Origin: Octopus bimaculoides
Lineage: Eukaryota
Assembly: GCF_001194135.2 (NCBI RefSeq)
Contig: NC_069009.1
Location: 1,358,396-1,416,985 of the forward strand
Length of the DNA: 58,590 bases
Direction of reading: 5' to 3'
The position numbers and the translations under genes are program-made. A model generated the notes under the pieces. The model had not been told where the DNA came from, ran no database searches, and saw only the letters and a list, made by a program, of their open reading frames with translations. How positions within the stretch are numbered: the first letter of the stretch is position 1; every line of letters begins with the position of its first letter. Of this stretch, positions 36,749 through 49,142 are shown in pieces.

Positions 36749-37003
36749 AAAATGTCCATACGATTTAAAGAAACAGCAATCAGTCTCCGGGGAAAACAGA
36801 AGCAAAGCCTTAAAGGCAATATCCAAGACAGCGGAGAGATATTCCAGCTAGATCTGATCGAAGAGGAACACAGAAGAAACCCAAAGTAAATATTTTCGTT
36901 TAATGCTAAGGGAGGTTACTCTGAATCATTGTAATAGCACTGACGTTTCACCGCTACCATGACAACGAACGTTATTTCTTTCAACACTAATTTGAAGACA
37001 AGT

Positions 37004-37300
37004 GGAGGCGCAATGGCCCAGTGGCTAGGGCAGCGGACTCGCGGTTTCGATTCCCAGACCGGGCGTTGTGAGTGTTTATTGAGCGAAAACACCTAAAGCT
37101 CCACGAGGCTCCGGCAGGGGATGGTGGCGAACCCTGCTGTACTCTTTCACCACAACTTTCTCTCACTCTTTCTTCCTGTTTCTGTTGTGCCTGTAATTCA
37201 AAGGGTCAGCCTTGTCACACTGTGTAACGCTGAATATCCCCGAGGACTATGTTAAGGGTACACGTGTCTGTGGAGTGCTCAGCCACTTGCACGTTAATTT
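37004..37300 (+). mobile_element. SINE family A, 3'-truncated
   Basis: Shared head and body. Confidence 0.85.
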
Positions 37301-37568
37301 TACTGAATGAACGGAGAGAAGTTACAACAAGATGAAATTTCCAGACGGTTTAAACGTACAAGTCTCGGGTATACAAGTGACTGAAATGTGTCAGGAGAAG
37401 GGCATGCAAGAGTGGTAACATGGATGTGGCCAGGTCAACTTAACATGTAACAAGTTAGGGGACAAAACACTTGCCTGAGTGGGGTTTCATCTCTGAAGAC
37501 CTTCAGCTGTTAAGCTCTCCTGAGAATTTCCTACAATTGTCATATTTTAACATTCTATCAGTCACTCG

Positions 37569-37788
37569 ACGTCGTCGTCGTTTAACGTCCGCTTTCCATG
37601 CTAGCATGGGTTGGACGATTTGACTGAGGACTGGTGAAACCAGATGGCTACACCAGGCTCCAATCTGATCTGGCAGTGTTTCTACAGCTGGATGCCCTTC
37701 CTAACGCCAACCACTCAGAGAGTGTAGTGGGTGCTTATACGTGTCACCCGCATGAAGGCCAGTCAGGCGGTACTGGCAACGGCCACGC
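37569..37788 (-). mobile_element. Retroelement family B
   Basis: As for the 10604 copy. Confidence 0.8.
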
Positions 37789-37970
37789 TCTTCCTCACAC
37801 TCCCTCTCTCTTGGCTACAATCAACCAACTGGCTCCATCACATCTTCACTAGACGACGACCATCATTATCATTTAATGAACAAAATTATACAATTATTTA
37901 TCTCTTATTCACTGCATCTCAAAATCTAATACCAAGTGTATTGGATATCAAATAATATTTAAAAAATTAT

Positions 37971-38132
37971 ATAGCGGAGTGGCTGTGTGGTTAGTAGCTC
38001 GCTTACAAACCACATGGTTCCGGGTACAGTCCCACTTGGTGGCACCTTGGGCAAGTGTCTTCTACTATAGCCTCGGGCCGACCTAAAGCCTTGTGAGTGG
38101 ATTTGGTAGACGGAAACTGAAAGAAGCCCGTC

Positions 38133-38186
<54 letters not shown>

Positions 38187-38388
38187 TTGTGTTTCTGTGT
38201 TTGTCCCCCCACCATCGCTTGACAACCGATGCTGGTGTGTTTACGTCCCCGTAACTTAGCGGTTTGGCAAAAAGAGACCGATAGAATAAGTACTAGGTTT
38301 ACAAAGAATAAGTCCTGGGGCCGATTATCTCAACTAAAGGCAGTGCTCCAGCATGGCCGCAGTCAAATGACTGAAACCAGTAAAAGAG
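37971..38388 (+). mobile_element. tRNA-headed SINE family D with internal (TA)n tract, full length
   Basis: TGGCTGTGTGG head; CCTTGGGCAAGTGTCTT CORE-like segment; tail CCAGCATGGCCGCAGTCAAATGACTGAAAC. Confidence 0.85.
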
Positions 38389-39101
38389 TAGCTTCAAAAT
38401 GAAGTTTTATTGTAGATCAGTTTGGGAAAATGTATCACTTTTATCATATATTGATCAAGTGTGTGAATTCTATAGTTTATGGTAGTGTCACCAGCACAAG
38501 ATTTGGTTGGATACCTGCATATAAAATGATAGAAGAATAATCAAAGGTTAAAACAACTTTATTTCTCTTTTAATTTATTAAATTTATTCATGAAATTTGA
38601 TGAGATCCAATTTCAGGAATTTAGAGAAATGTAAGGATGCTATATCATCCATTGCATGGGTTACACAAGATACATATTTGGACCATAGGTAGTGGGGGGG
38701 CATTTGGCTTTTGTCATCACTTCCAGAATTAAGCTGGAGGCTTATTCCTGGAGGTGTGGGGCAGTAGCATGAAGGCTGCAGCTGCTGGGATTCCTAGGCT
38801 TGTCCATCCAGCAGAAAACTGACCAGGAATGGAAACTGGGAAGTCATAATGACATATCCACAAGAAAACAAAACAAATTAAGTTCATCAAAACTATTTGA
38901 ATGAAAAACACACATAATTATTGAGTAGGGCAAATGAGAAACGTGGTAAATATTTCATTTGTTCAATACAATGTAATACAGTTGCTGTACTTTATACAGC
39001 AGGACACTTATGTTATCAAATAATATTATCAATCAATATGAATAAATATATGTTCAGTTACGGTACATTATTGAGAGAATGATTTTGCACATATATGAAA
39101 C

Positions 39102-40007
39102 TTATTCTGTATGATTATATCTGTGTTTGATTAAGTATTCTCTCCGAGCGAATGCTTTACCACAGATATCACAGGGATATGGCTTCTCTCCTGTATGAAC
39201 GGACTTGTGTGTAGTTAGGTTACATGACTGAGAGAATGACATACCACAAACATCACAGTGATAAGGTTTCTCTCCTGTGTGAACGCGTCTGTGAAGAAAT
39301 AAGTTAGTTTTCTGCGAGAATGATTTACCACAGATATCACAACAATATGGCTTCTCTTGTGTATGAATACGTTTGTGATTAGTTAAACTACTTCCTACAG
39401 AGAAAGATTTTCCACAGATTTCACAGTAATATGGCTTCTCACCTGTATGAATACGTTTGTGAGTAATCATGACAGCTTTCTGAGTGAATGATTTACCACA
39501 GATATCACAGCAATGTGGCTTCTCTCCTGTATGAATACGTTTGTGAGTATTCATGGCTCCTTGCTGAGAGAATGCCTGACCACAGATATCACAATGATAT
39601 GGTTTCTCTCCTGTATGAATATAGTTGTGAGTTGTTAGGTTACGTACGCTAGAGAATGATTTGCTACAGATATTACAGGGATAGGGTTTTTCTGCCTTGT
39701 GAATACGCTTGTGAACAAGTAAGTTATTTTTCTGAGAGAATGATTTACCACAGATATCACAGCGATATGGTTTTTCCCCTGTATGAGTACGTATGTGAAT
39801 AGTTAAGGCATTTTGTTGATGAAATGATTTACCACAGAAGCAACAGTGATATGGCTTTTCACTTGTTTGAATATGTTTGTGAACATTGAGATTTGCCCGA
39901 TTATGGTATGATGTTTTACAGATATTACAAGGGTATGACAGTTTTTTTCTTTCTTTTTTCTTCTCTTCAGGACATAAGCCATCCTTTACATTTCTCACAC
40001 AAGTCAT
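39102..40007 (-). CDS. ZF7: tandem C2H2 zinc-finger protein, 301 aa, 9 intact fingers plus degenerate first finger
   Basis: ORF 39102..40127; ATG at 40007 ([11 protein letters not shown]) matches the paralog start. Confidence 0.92.
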   Translation of the reverse strand: MTCVRNVKDGLCPEEKKKERKKLSYPCNICKTSYHNRANLNVHKHIQTSEKPYHCCFCGKSFHQQNALTIHIRTHTGEKPYRCDICGKSFSQKNNLLVHKRIHKAEKPYPCNICSKSFSSVRNLTTHNYIHTGEKPYHCDICGQAFSQQGAMNTHKRIHTGEKPHCCDICGKSFTQKAVMITHKRIHTGEKPYYCEICGKSFSVGSSLTNHKRIHTQEKPYCCDICGKSFSQKTNLFLHRRVHTGEKPYHCDVCGMSFSQSCNLTTHKSVHTGEKPYPCDICGKAFARREYLIKHRYNHTE

Positions 40008-41594
40008 TGTTCTATATTTCTTATACAACCACAAATTATATGATATGTAAACAAACCTAAGTTTATTTTTGAAGCACTGAAATGTATTGTAGTGCAAGTA
40101 GAAAAGTTTTTTTTTTTTTTTTTTCAATGCATAAGCACTGATAAAATCCTACAGGGCAGAAAAATCTATCAGCAACCAGCCATGAGATTTTATCCTATAT
40201 ATGCTGTTCTATACCTACAAACGTGTTGAAAAAATATATCTTTCTACTTATACTACAAATTATGTATTTCTTGTTTTCTCTTTTTACATATTTCTACATT
40301 TTTTTCAAATACTTCTGCAAGTCCGATATTCGTCAATATTTGAAGATGATTACAAACACCATTGCAGATTTTTTCCAAGTCCAAACAGGAGCTTTTGCAA
40401 ATACTCAAAGTAATGAGGAAAACAAATGTTGCTATTAATTCAGAAGAAGTATTTCAGCTATTCACCAAAAATATATTATATAAACAGAGTTATATTTATC
40501 ATTTATAACATCTTCCTCTTGTGTTCAAAAGATGATCAATATTCATAATGTATCTGGAGTAAAAACATTTTTATACCATTGACATCTGATATTCTGAAAT
40601 GATACAGAAACATTAGAAGATATAGGGAATACGTTAAAAGCGGAGATTCAACAATAAAGGTATTACATTTTTATGATGATAAACTATGGATACAAACTTT
40701 TATATTATACAACCTTGTGTAAGGTCTACATATACAAGACTTCGACTCATCTGCTTTCAGATATTAGGAAAATATTAAACAACAAAATATTGGACCATAA
40801 CGTTGTACTTGTGGGAGAAGTCGTTGTTTAGTCCAAGGTCATACCGGAGTGAGCAGACCTATTAATGAAATTAGGTTGTGTTCACGACTGTTACGACATG
40901 CATAACAGGTCAAACATAAACATAACTATACTTCGGTCACCAATCCAATACACTTTTCCTCTTGTAACTTTCGTAATAATACATATATATCTTTTAAAGA
41001 AATATTGCAGCCACACGTTCACAAATACGTTTTTAAATTTTATTTTTTTCCCCAGTTCTTTTGCAATTTGCTGAGTCTGTGTAGTCAAATCTATCTTGTA
41101 TAATAGCGGTGTCATGAGTCACCTGTCTTAGTCGGATATTTGTGTTTCATGATGTTGTAGATAACTATTTATTCTCAGGAGCTTAAAGTGTACATAACTA
41201 TTAAGGTGAATCCTTTTGACAAAATAAACAGCAAATAAAGATATGTAGCAGATGATAAAACAATAGACGGCTTTGAGTGGACACAATCAACAAATAGATT
41301 ATCTACTGTAATAAAAGAATAGGAGGTAAAGAATACGTACACCACCCATTAAAACGTAACAAAAATGCTAACCCTAATCCTATCCCTAACTTTAAACACC
41401 CAGTACACGTATTTTTTACTTTCGTCATAGGAGAAATTTAAAATTCAGTGCTTTTTCATGGTCATGCCAAATCAAATCCAGATCTTGGCATAAGTTACGA
41501 AGTTTATATGAGAATAGAACATCGATCTCAGACTAGCAGCAGTTGGCCTGGTTCTTCAGCTTTTATTAAAAATAAAATATGTGTTATATCTTAC

Positions 41595-41730
41595 CTGTTA
41601 TGATAAATAAATCAGTGTTTGATGTGAAATATCTTTAATTACGCAAAGCGAGAAATATAATTTCAAGACACTTCAAAAAACCGACACGGAAAGTCAACGA
41701 AAGGAACTTATCATCCGCATGTTGTGTATC
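41595..41730 (-). other. Putative non-coding exon 1 of ZF7
   Basis: Same motif and ACAG|GTAAGATA donor. Confidence 0.6.
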
Positions 41731-41944
41731 TCGCATTTTTTAGTCATACGTCGGATACTAAAATTAAGGCGGCCAATTTTTAATTTTTTTTCTTTTACTG
41801 AAATTATGTTTTGAAAATATGAATTTTAAGGAAAAGATCCGAATGATAACAAAAGAAACAAAACTAAAACCTCATTGCTTATTTTCATGTCTACTTCGAA
41901 TTTTACGGTAGAATGTTATAGGAACGCAAAGAAAACAACACAGC

Positions 41945-42377
41945 TCTTTTACTTGTTTCAGTCATTTGACTGCAGTCATGCTGGAGCACCGCCTNNNNNN
42001 NNNNNNNNNNNNNNNNNNNNNNNNNNNNNNNNNNNNNNNNNNNNNNNNNNNNNNNNNNNNNNNNNNNNNNNNNNNNNNNNNNNNNNNNNNNNNNNNNNNN
42101 NNNNNNNNNNNNNNNNNNNNNNNNNNNNNNNNNNNNNNNNNNNNNNNNNNNNNNNNNNNNNNNNNNNNNNNNNNNNNNNNNNNNNNNNNNNNNNNNNNNN
42201 NNNNNNNNNNNNNNNNNNNNNNNNNNNNNNNNNNNNNNNNNNNNNNNNNNNNNNNNNNNNNNNNNNNNNNNNNNNNNNNNNNNNNNNNNNNNNNNNNNNN
42301 NNNNNNNNNNNNNNNNNNNNNNNNNNNNNNNNNNNNNNNNNNNNNNNNNNNNNNNNNNNNNNNNNNNNNNNNNNNNN

Positions 42378-42415
<38 letters not shown>

Positions 42416-42572
42416 TGCACGACAGGCTTCTTCAGTTTCTGTCTGCCAAATCCACTCACAAGGCTTTGGTCGGCCCGAGGCTATAGTAGAAGACACTTGC
42501 CCAAGGTGCCACGCAGTGGGAATGAACCCGGAACCATGTGGCTGGTAAGCAAGGTATTTACCACATAGCCAT
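41945..42572 (-). mobile_element. SINE family D spanning an assembly gap
   Basis: Tail before the gap and head after it. Confidence 0.75.
41995..42377. other. Assembly gap (N run)
   Basis: Direct. Confidence 1.
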
Positions 42573-43101
42573 TCCTAAACCACCGTTGGTTTATTTACAT
42601 TCCTTCTGTGTCTAGCGAAAGAGTCGGTCATGTAACTACCAGACAATTGTGGCTCGTAGATAAAATTAGTGGGGATGCTGCTTCAGAAAATTTCTGGCCA
42701 TTGTTTTAATATTGTGTAAAATGTTCTTCTTTTCTCTTTCCCTCCTTCATATTCCTCATCAATTAATGTCAATTTTGGTATGGTCACCACAGCTGGATGC
42801 CCTTCCTAGCTCTAACAACTTTATAGTGTGTACTGGGTACTTATTTCTTGCTACCAGCACTTGTGGGGGGGTTGCCAAGTAACTTGTAGGACACAAAAGA
42901 ATAAGAAAATGGGAAAGCTATCTTCACTAAGTGGGGAGAGAGTATTTTAGAAGTGATTTTATGTCAGGGAGAGGTGTTTCACTATGGAGAAGATACATTG
43001 GTTGCCTCACATTTATTATAAGGGTGGGTGAGAGTTTCTGAGGGTAAAAATATGATGTTAGTGACGGGATGCAAAAGCAAGACCCTCGACAACGTGCTGT
43101 A

Positions 43102-43295
43102 CAGTAAAACCTCGTCTATCGCGGGTGTTACGTTCCAAAAACCCCTGCGATCTAGAAACCGTACTGTACTGTATATTTTTAAAAACTATTTTTATAGTTT
43201 GTATATATTTATTTTATCATAAATGCAAAACAAAACCATAGAGGAATCGACGTAAGCTTAAATATTAAAATCGCGAGAGATGAACCACGATATGT
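43102..43295 (+). mobile_element. Possible pogo/Tigger-type MITE end
   Basis: TA|CAGTAAAACCTCG..ATCGCGGG terminus; opposite TIR not clearly found. Confidence 0.3.
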
Positions 43296-43384
43296 AATTA
43301 TTATCTTTGTTGGTAATATAAAAAAATTATCGTTTAGAAAAAAAAAGATTAGTATTCGCCAAATGTGTAATGACGTAAGATACA

Positions 43385-43508
43385 CAATATCCGGAATGTT
43401 AGTTCGTTTCGTTGATTCTCCGTATTATTTTTTGAATTGTCTTCAATTTATATTTCCCGATAGATCGCTCCTTCGTCACATTAAACACTGATTTATATAT
43501 CACAACAG
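43385..43508 (+). other. Putative non-coding exon 1 of ZF8
   Basis: GTTCGTTTCGTTG motif and ACAACAG|GTAAGATATAA donor at 43508/43509. Confidence 0.6.
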
Positions 43509-44343
43509 GTAAGATATAATACATATTTTATTTTTCGTAAAAGTAGGTGAACCTGGCTAATTGGAAACTCCAGAGTCAGTGATCGGTATTAATTCCGTTC
43601 TGAGTTAGAGCGATTTTACGTCTTGAAAATCCTTTTCAGATACCAAACCGTGTTCCAAGGGGTAGAATAAAGATTATTTCCAACAACTTCCGTAGGTACT
43701 TTTAAATCGGTTAATTTTATTATTATTATTTTATAATTACGCAAGTTATTTGATCGAAACCAAAAGAATGAATGGTAAAGGCGACTTCCGTAGAATTTGA
43801 ACTCACAACGGACGAAATGCCATTAAGCGATTTGTTCGGAGTGCTAGCAAATCTGCCAACTCGCTACCTTATTGATTGTTATTATAATAATTACCAATAA
43901 GGGTATGAAAAGTTTGTTTCACACACACACACACACACACACACATATTTATAGTTTGCATTTAACGTTTATAAATATATTTCCTTTTGGGCATACTTCG
44001 GTGAATGGGAAAATGAGTTTTGGAAAACAACATTCACTAATCATGTTTCTGAAGATAGAACAATGTTATTGTCTACTGTTCTATAGTTTAACATGTTACA
44101 TAATATATGGAGGTGGAGGCACTGAAGTCTGTGTATATGTAGACATTACACAAGGTTATATGATATAATATCAATAACAAAATAAATAATAAAGACTATT
44201 TTTTCAGATAAAAGTCGATCTACACAGTTTATCATTATAACAATGTAATAATATTTTTATAGTATTTCCTATATCTTCTATTGTTTCTGTATCATTTCAG
44301 AATATCAGACATCTGTGGCATAAAGGAATTTTTACTTCAGATA

Positions 44344-44489
44344 CATCATCATCATCATTGTTTAACGTCCGCTTTCCATGCTAGCATGAGTTGGACGATT
44401 TGACTGAGGACTGGTGAACCAGGTGGCTACACCAGGCTCCAATTTGATTTGGCAGAGTTTCTACAGCTGGATGCTTTTCCTAATGCCAA
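44344..44489 (-). mobile_element. Retroelement family B 3' portion between the ZF8 acceptor and ATG
   Basis: As for the 10604 copy. Confidence 0.8.
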
Positions 44490-44795
44490 TTGATTATGTT
44501 TCAACACAAAAGGAAAATGTTATAGATATAAAATATAATCCTGTTTATATAATATATCTATGGTGAATAACTGTGAGATATCTGTTCTGAATTAATAGCA
44601 ACATTTGTTTTCCTCATTGCCTGGAATATATTTACTGAAGTATTTCACATTTTTATTAATATTGGACACATCTGTTTGTATCGTCTTCAGATGTTAATGA
44701 GGATCAGAGTTGATGGGAATATAGCAATAAATCGACATAGAAAAGAAAACAAGAAAAATATATTTTGTGCTGGTATAAGAAAATATCATAGAACA

Positions 44796-45953
44796 ATGAG
44801 TCACGTGAGAAATGTAAAGGATGGCTTATTTCCTGAAGGGATGACAAAAGAAAAAGAAAAATCATTATACCACTGTGAGACCTGTAAAAAGTATTTTCCA
44901 AATAAGGAAAACCTCACAATTCACAAATGTATTCATACAGGTGAGAAGCGATATCACTGTGAAATCTGTGGTAAATCATTCTCTCACAACAGTAGCCTTA
45001 ATTATCATAAACACATTCACACAGGAGAGAAACCACATCGCTGCGATATTTGTGGTAAGCTATTCTCCAAAAAGCGTATCTTAACTCAACATAAATACAT
45101 TCATACAGGAGAGAAGCCATATCACTGTGATATCTGTGGTAAATCATTCTCTCAAAACAGTAGCCTTACTTCTCACAAATATATTCACACAGGAGAGAAA
45201 CCATATCACTGTGAGGTCTGTGGTAAATCATTTGCTTTAAAGGGTAACTTAACTGCACACAAATCCATTCATTCAGGAGAGAAGCCATATCCCTGTGATG
45301 TCTGTGGTAAATCATTCTCTCTAAAAGGTAACCTCATTACACATAACAATATTCATACAGGAGAGAAACCACATCATTGTGATATCTGTGGTAAATCATT
45401 CTCTCAAATTAGCACCTTAATTTCTCATAAATCCAGTCACACAGGAGAGAAACGATATAACTGTGATATCTGTGATAAGTCATTCTCCCAGAGAGGTGCC
45501 TTAACTGCTCACAAGTATATTCATACAGGAGAATGGCCGTATCACTGTGATGTCTGTGGTAAATCATTTCCTGAAAAGGGTAACTTAATTAAACATAAAT
45601 ACATTCACACAGGAGCGAAACCATATCATTGTGATATCTGTGGGAAATTATTCACTCAAATAAGTGCCATAACTACTCATAAACGTATTCACACAGGAGA
45701 ACAGCCCTATCACTGCGATATCTGTGGCAAATCATTCTCTGTAAAAAGTGTTTTGACTAATCACAAACGTACCCATACAGGAGAGAAACCATATCGCTGT
45801 GATATCTGTGATAAATCATTCTCTGTGAGAAGTAATTTAGCTAATCACAAGCGCACTCATACAGGAGAGAAACCATATCACTGTGATGTCTGTAATAAAT
45901 CATTTTCTCGGAGGAATCACTTGACTAAACACAAACATATTCATACAGGATGA
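44796..45953 (+). CDS. ZF8: tandem C2H2 zinc-finger protein, 385 aa, 13 fingers
   Basis: ORF 44676..45953; ATG at 44796 matches the paralog start; in-frame ATGs at 44691 and 44697 could extend the N-terminus. Confidence 0.92.
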   Translation: MSHVRNVKDGLFPEGMTKEKEKSLYHCETCKKYFPNKENLTIHKCIHTGEKRYHCEICGKSFSHNSSLNYHKHIHTGEKPHRCDICGKLFSKKRILTQHKYIHTGEKPYHCDICGKSFSQNSSLTSHKYIHTGEKPYHCEVCGKSFALKGNLTAHKSIHSGEKPYPCDVCGKSFSLKGNLITHNNIHTGEKPHHCDICGKSFSQISTLISHKSSHTGEKRYNCDICDKSFSQRGALTAHKYIHTGEWPYHCDVCGKSFPEKGNLIKHKYIHTGAKPYHCDICGKLFTQISAITTHKRIHTGEQPYHCDICGKSFSVKSVLTNHKRTHTGEKPYRCDICDKSFSVRSNLANHKRTHTGEKPYHCDVCNKSFSRRNHLTKHKHIHTG

Positions 45954-46062
45954 GATTCATATATCTGTGCTATCCTTATATACTTATTCATATTGATCAA
46001 TAACAATATCAGTGGAAAATAGATGTCTTGGTAAATAAAGTACAGCAATTGTATTACTTTTT

Positions 46063-46367
46063 TTTTTTTTTCCTCGCCCTTTTCAAGCCTAGCGAAGCTC
46101 ACGGGCCCCGTTTCTATGGCGTATGTGTTCTCCGCAGCTGGACAGGACGCCAGTCCATCGCAGTGTTACTCAAGAAACAGGAAGAAAGAGTGACAGAAAG
46201 TTCGGGCGAAAGAGTACTACAGGGGTCGCCACCACCCCCTGCCGGAGCCTCGTGGAGCTTTAGGTGTTTTTGCTCAATAAACACACACAACGCCCGGTCT
46301 GGGAATTAAAACCGCGATCTTCCGACCGCAAGTCCACTGCTCTAACCACTGGGCCATTGCGCCTCCA
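46063..46367 (-). mobile_element. Variant SINE: family A head, different 3' body, poly(A) tail, 13-bp TSD
   Basis: TSD TGTATTACTTTTT at 46050-46062 and 46368-46380. Confidence 0.88.
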
Positions 46368-46854
46368 TGTATTACTTTTTATTGAATAAATATATTTTTT
46401 ACGTTTTCCTCATTTGCATCAACCCACTAATTATAATGAATGTTTTTTTTTTATTCAAATAATTGATTAAATTAATTTGCTCTATTTTCTTGCTGATATG
46501 ATTATGACAGTAATGTGACATTCCAGTTTTTCCCTGCTGGACAGGTTTTGTGCAACCGCCTTACACCTCCCAGAACAAAACTTGAGGTTTATTACTGTTT
46601 GTCAGTGTTCGGAGGAGATTCAATATACTTTTCAAAAGCCTTACCCCTGTCCTAACCTGTGTTCAAACACATCCTGCTCAACCCATGTAATGGATGATAC
46701 AACATGTTTATTTTTTACTAAATCGTTTTGTTGAGTAGCTTTTTGTGGTTTTACTCCTGCTGGGCACCAAGCTGGTATTTATGTTGGACATGTGGTTAGA
46801 ATGGTACCATAAAGGATTACAATACCAATTCCTAAAGCACAACTGACTGGCGAT

Positions 46855-46873
46855 GTTGGGGGGACAAACACAT

Positions 46874-46938
<65 letters not shown>

Positions 46939-47233
46939 TACAATGGGTTTCTTTCAGTTTNNNNNNNNNNNNNNNNNNNNNNNNNNNNNNNNNNNNNNNN
47001 NNNNNNNNNNNNNNNNNNNNNNNNNNNNNNNNNNNNNNNNNNNNNNNNNNNNNNNNNNNNNNNNNNNNNNNNNNNNNNNNNNNNNNNNNNNNNNNNNNNN
47101 NNNNNNNNNNNNNNNNNNNNNNNNNNNNNNNNNNNNNNNNNNNNNNNNNNNNNNNNNNNNNNNNNNNNNNNNNNNNNNNNNNNNNNNNNNNNNNNNNNNN
47201 NNNNNNNNNNNNNNNNNNNNNNNNNNNNNNNNN

Positions 47234-47269
<36 letters not shown>

Positions 47270-47432
47270 GACGGGTTTCTTTCAGTTTCCATCTACCAAA
47301 TCTACTGACAAGGCTTTGGTCGGCCCGAGGCTACAGTAGAAGACACTTGCCCAAGGTGCCACGCAGTCAGAATGAACCCGAAACCATGTGGTTGGTAAGC
47401 AAGCTACTTACCACACAGCCACTCCTGCGCCT
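46855..47432 (-). mobile_element. SINE family D copy or copies spanning an assembly gap
   Basis: Homology to the 37971 copy on both sides of the gap. Confidence 0.7.
46961..47233. other. Assembly gap (N run)
   Basis: Direct. Confidence 1.
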
Positions 47433-47658
47433 ATAATTGGCTATATTATATTTCTGATTTCAGAATTTTTTTGCTCAATACAGAGGATAGTTAATGATAA
47501 TCCTTCCAAAACATATGACAGCGAATTAGATATTTCAAAGTCACAGCATTAAGAATTATTGGATTGTTGATATGTTTTGGTTAGAATTTTTATGCATTAA
47601 AAATTCAAGCCCGTTTAACCATTTAGCCTGACATCAATTACAAAGTATTGTTGATTAA

Positions 47659-48148
47659 CCCTTTAGTGTTTAAACCGGCCATAGCTGGCCCAAATATTCT
47701 ACATGTTTTATATTCAAACTAGCCATATCTAGCCTCTCTCACCTAACCTACATTGACATTTCACATCATTGAAACCTCAAAGCTATAAGGACTGATCCTG
47801 GAACCATGTGCTTCGTAAGCAAGCTACTTATCACACAGCCACTCCTACGCCTATATATATATATATATATATACGATGGGCTTCTTTCAGTTTCCGTCTA
47901 CCAAATCCACTGACAAGGCTTTGGTCGGCCCGCGGCTATAGTAGAAGACACTTGCCCAAGGTGCCATGCAGTCAGAATGAACCCGAAACTGGCCATATCT
48001 AGCCTCTCACACCTAACCTACATTGACATTCCAAAAATAAACAATCATATCATTGAAACCTCAAAGCTATAAGATAATGCATAATTAATTCAAAGCAATT
48101 CGAGTGAGAAAGTATTACATTTAACAGAGTAATCTGAACACTAAAGGT
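47659..48148 (+). mobile_element. piggyBac-type non-autonomous element with a nested SINE fragment
   Basis: TTAA|CCCTTTAGTGTT ... AACACTAAAGGT|TTAA; SINE-D fragment at about 47790-47985. Confidence 0.65.
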
Positions 48149-48179
48149 TTAAAAACTGACAGGAAGGTGGGGAGCCAAA

Positions 48180-48550
48180 GCTCATTTACTTGTTTCAGTC
48201 ATTTGACAGCGGCCATGCAGGAGCACCGCCTTTAGTTGAGGAAATCGACCCCAGGACTTATTCTTTGTAAGCCTAGTACTTATTCTATCGGTCTCTTTTG
48301 CCGAACCGCTAGGTGACACAAACACACAAGCATCGGTTGTCAAGGAATGCTAGGGGGGGCAAACACACACATATATATATATATATACAAATATACAACG
48401 GGCTTCTTTCAGTTTCCATCTACCAAATTCACTCACAAGGCTTTGGTTGTCCCTCGGCTATAGTAGAAGACACTTGCCCAAGGTGCCATGCAGTGGGACT
48501 GAACCCAGGACCATGTGGTTGGTAAGCAAGCTACTTACCACACAGCCACT
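48180..48550 (-). mobile_element. SINE family D, near full length
   Basis: Homology to the 37971 copy. Confidence 0.82.
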
Positions 48551-49057
48551 GATAAATAAAATGGTTGATGAGCAAGGGCCATGATCTTCTTGCTATGATC
48601 CTATCTGCAAGGTGGCCTGTGGCATAAGATAAAGCCAGTCAAGTTGCGTCCTCATAGCTTGCGTGTCAGTGTAGAAAGGAGAAAGTGATGAGGTTACATG
48701 TCTGAACCTTAATGTTGTGTATGCCCCCTATCTATGGCCGTCAATCTGATGTTATAATAGAAGACACTTACCCAAGGTACGACATGTTGGGACTGAAACC
48801 AGAACCGAGTGGTTGGGAAGCAAACTTCTTAACACACGGTCATGCATATGATTAAACATTTTGCATATAAAATCGATGGAGAATAATTAGTGAGTAAAAC
48901 AACTTTATTCCTCTTTCAAGTTATTAAAAATATTCACAAAATGTGATCATGTCAGAATTGAAAAATGTCAATCTCGCAGCTGAAATGACTAAAGATTGAG
49001 ATAATGTTTTTAGACAGACAGGTCCAACACACAATACAAAATGGAGATTTCACACAA

Positions 49058-49132
49058 CTAGTGATATTTTACTGTATGGATATTTATATGCCTGGTTAAG
49101 TGATTTCCTTGGGAGAATGATTTACCACAGAT
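49058..49132 (-). pseudogene. Distal half-finger behind ZF9 ([20 protein letters not shown])
   Basis: C-terminus of ORF 49058..49318 (-). Confidence 0.85.
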
Positions 49133-49142
49133 AGATGAAGTA

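Noticed and set aside
38729-38911. 60-aa ORF in slightly GC-richer sequence downstream of ZF7
   Set aside because: No recognisable motif, splice context or homolog in the window
39102-40127. 40-aa N-terminal extension of ZF7 (MKKKKKKL...)
   Set aside because: It starts at a non-ATG codon in a poly(T/A) tract; paralogs start at the ATG equivalent to 40007
41365-41395. Degenerate CTAACCCTAATCCTATCCCTAAC tract as an interstitial telomere
   Set aside because: Only about four imperfect units; more likely part of an old repeat; no link to the 36580 element could be shown
7976-47308. Long ORFs made of X and IYIY runs
   Set aside because: Artefacts of N gaps and (TA)n microsatellites
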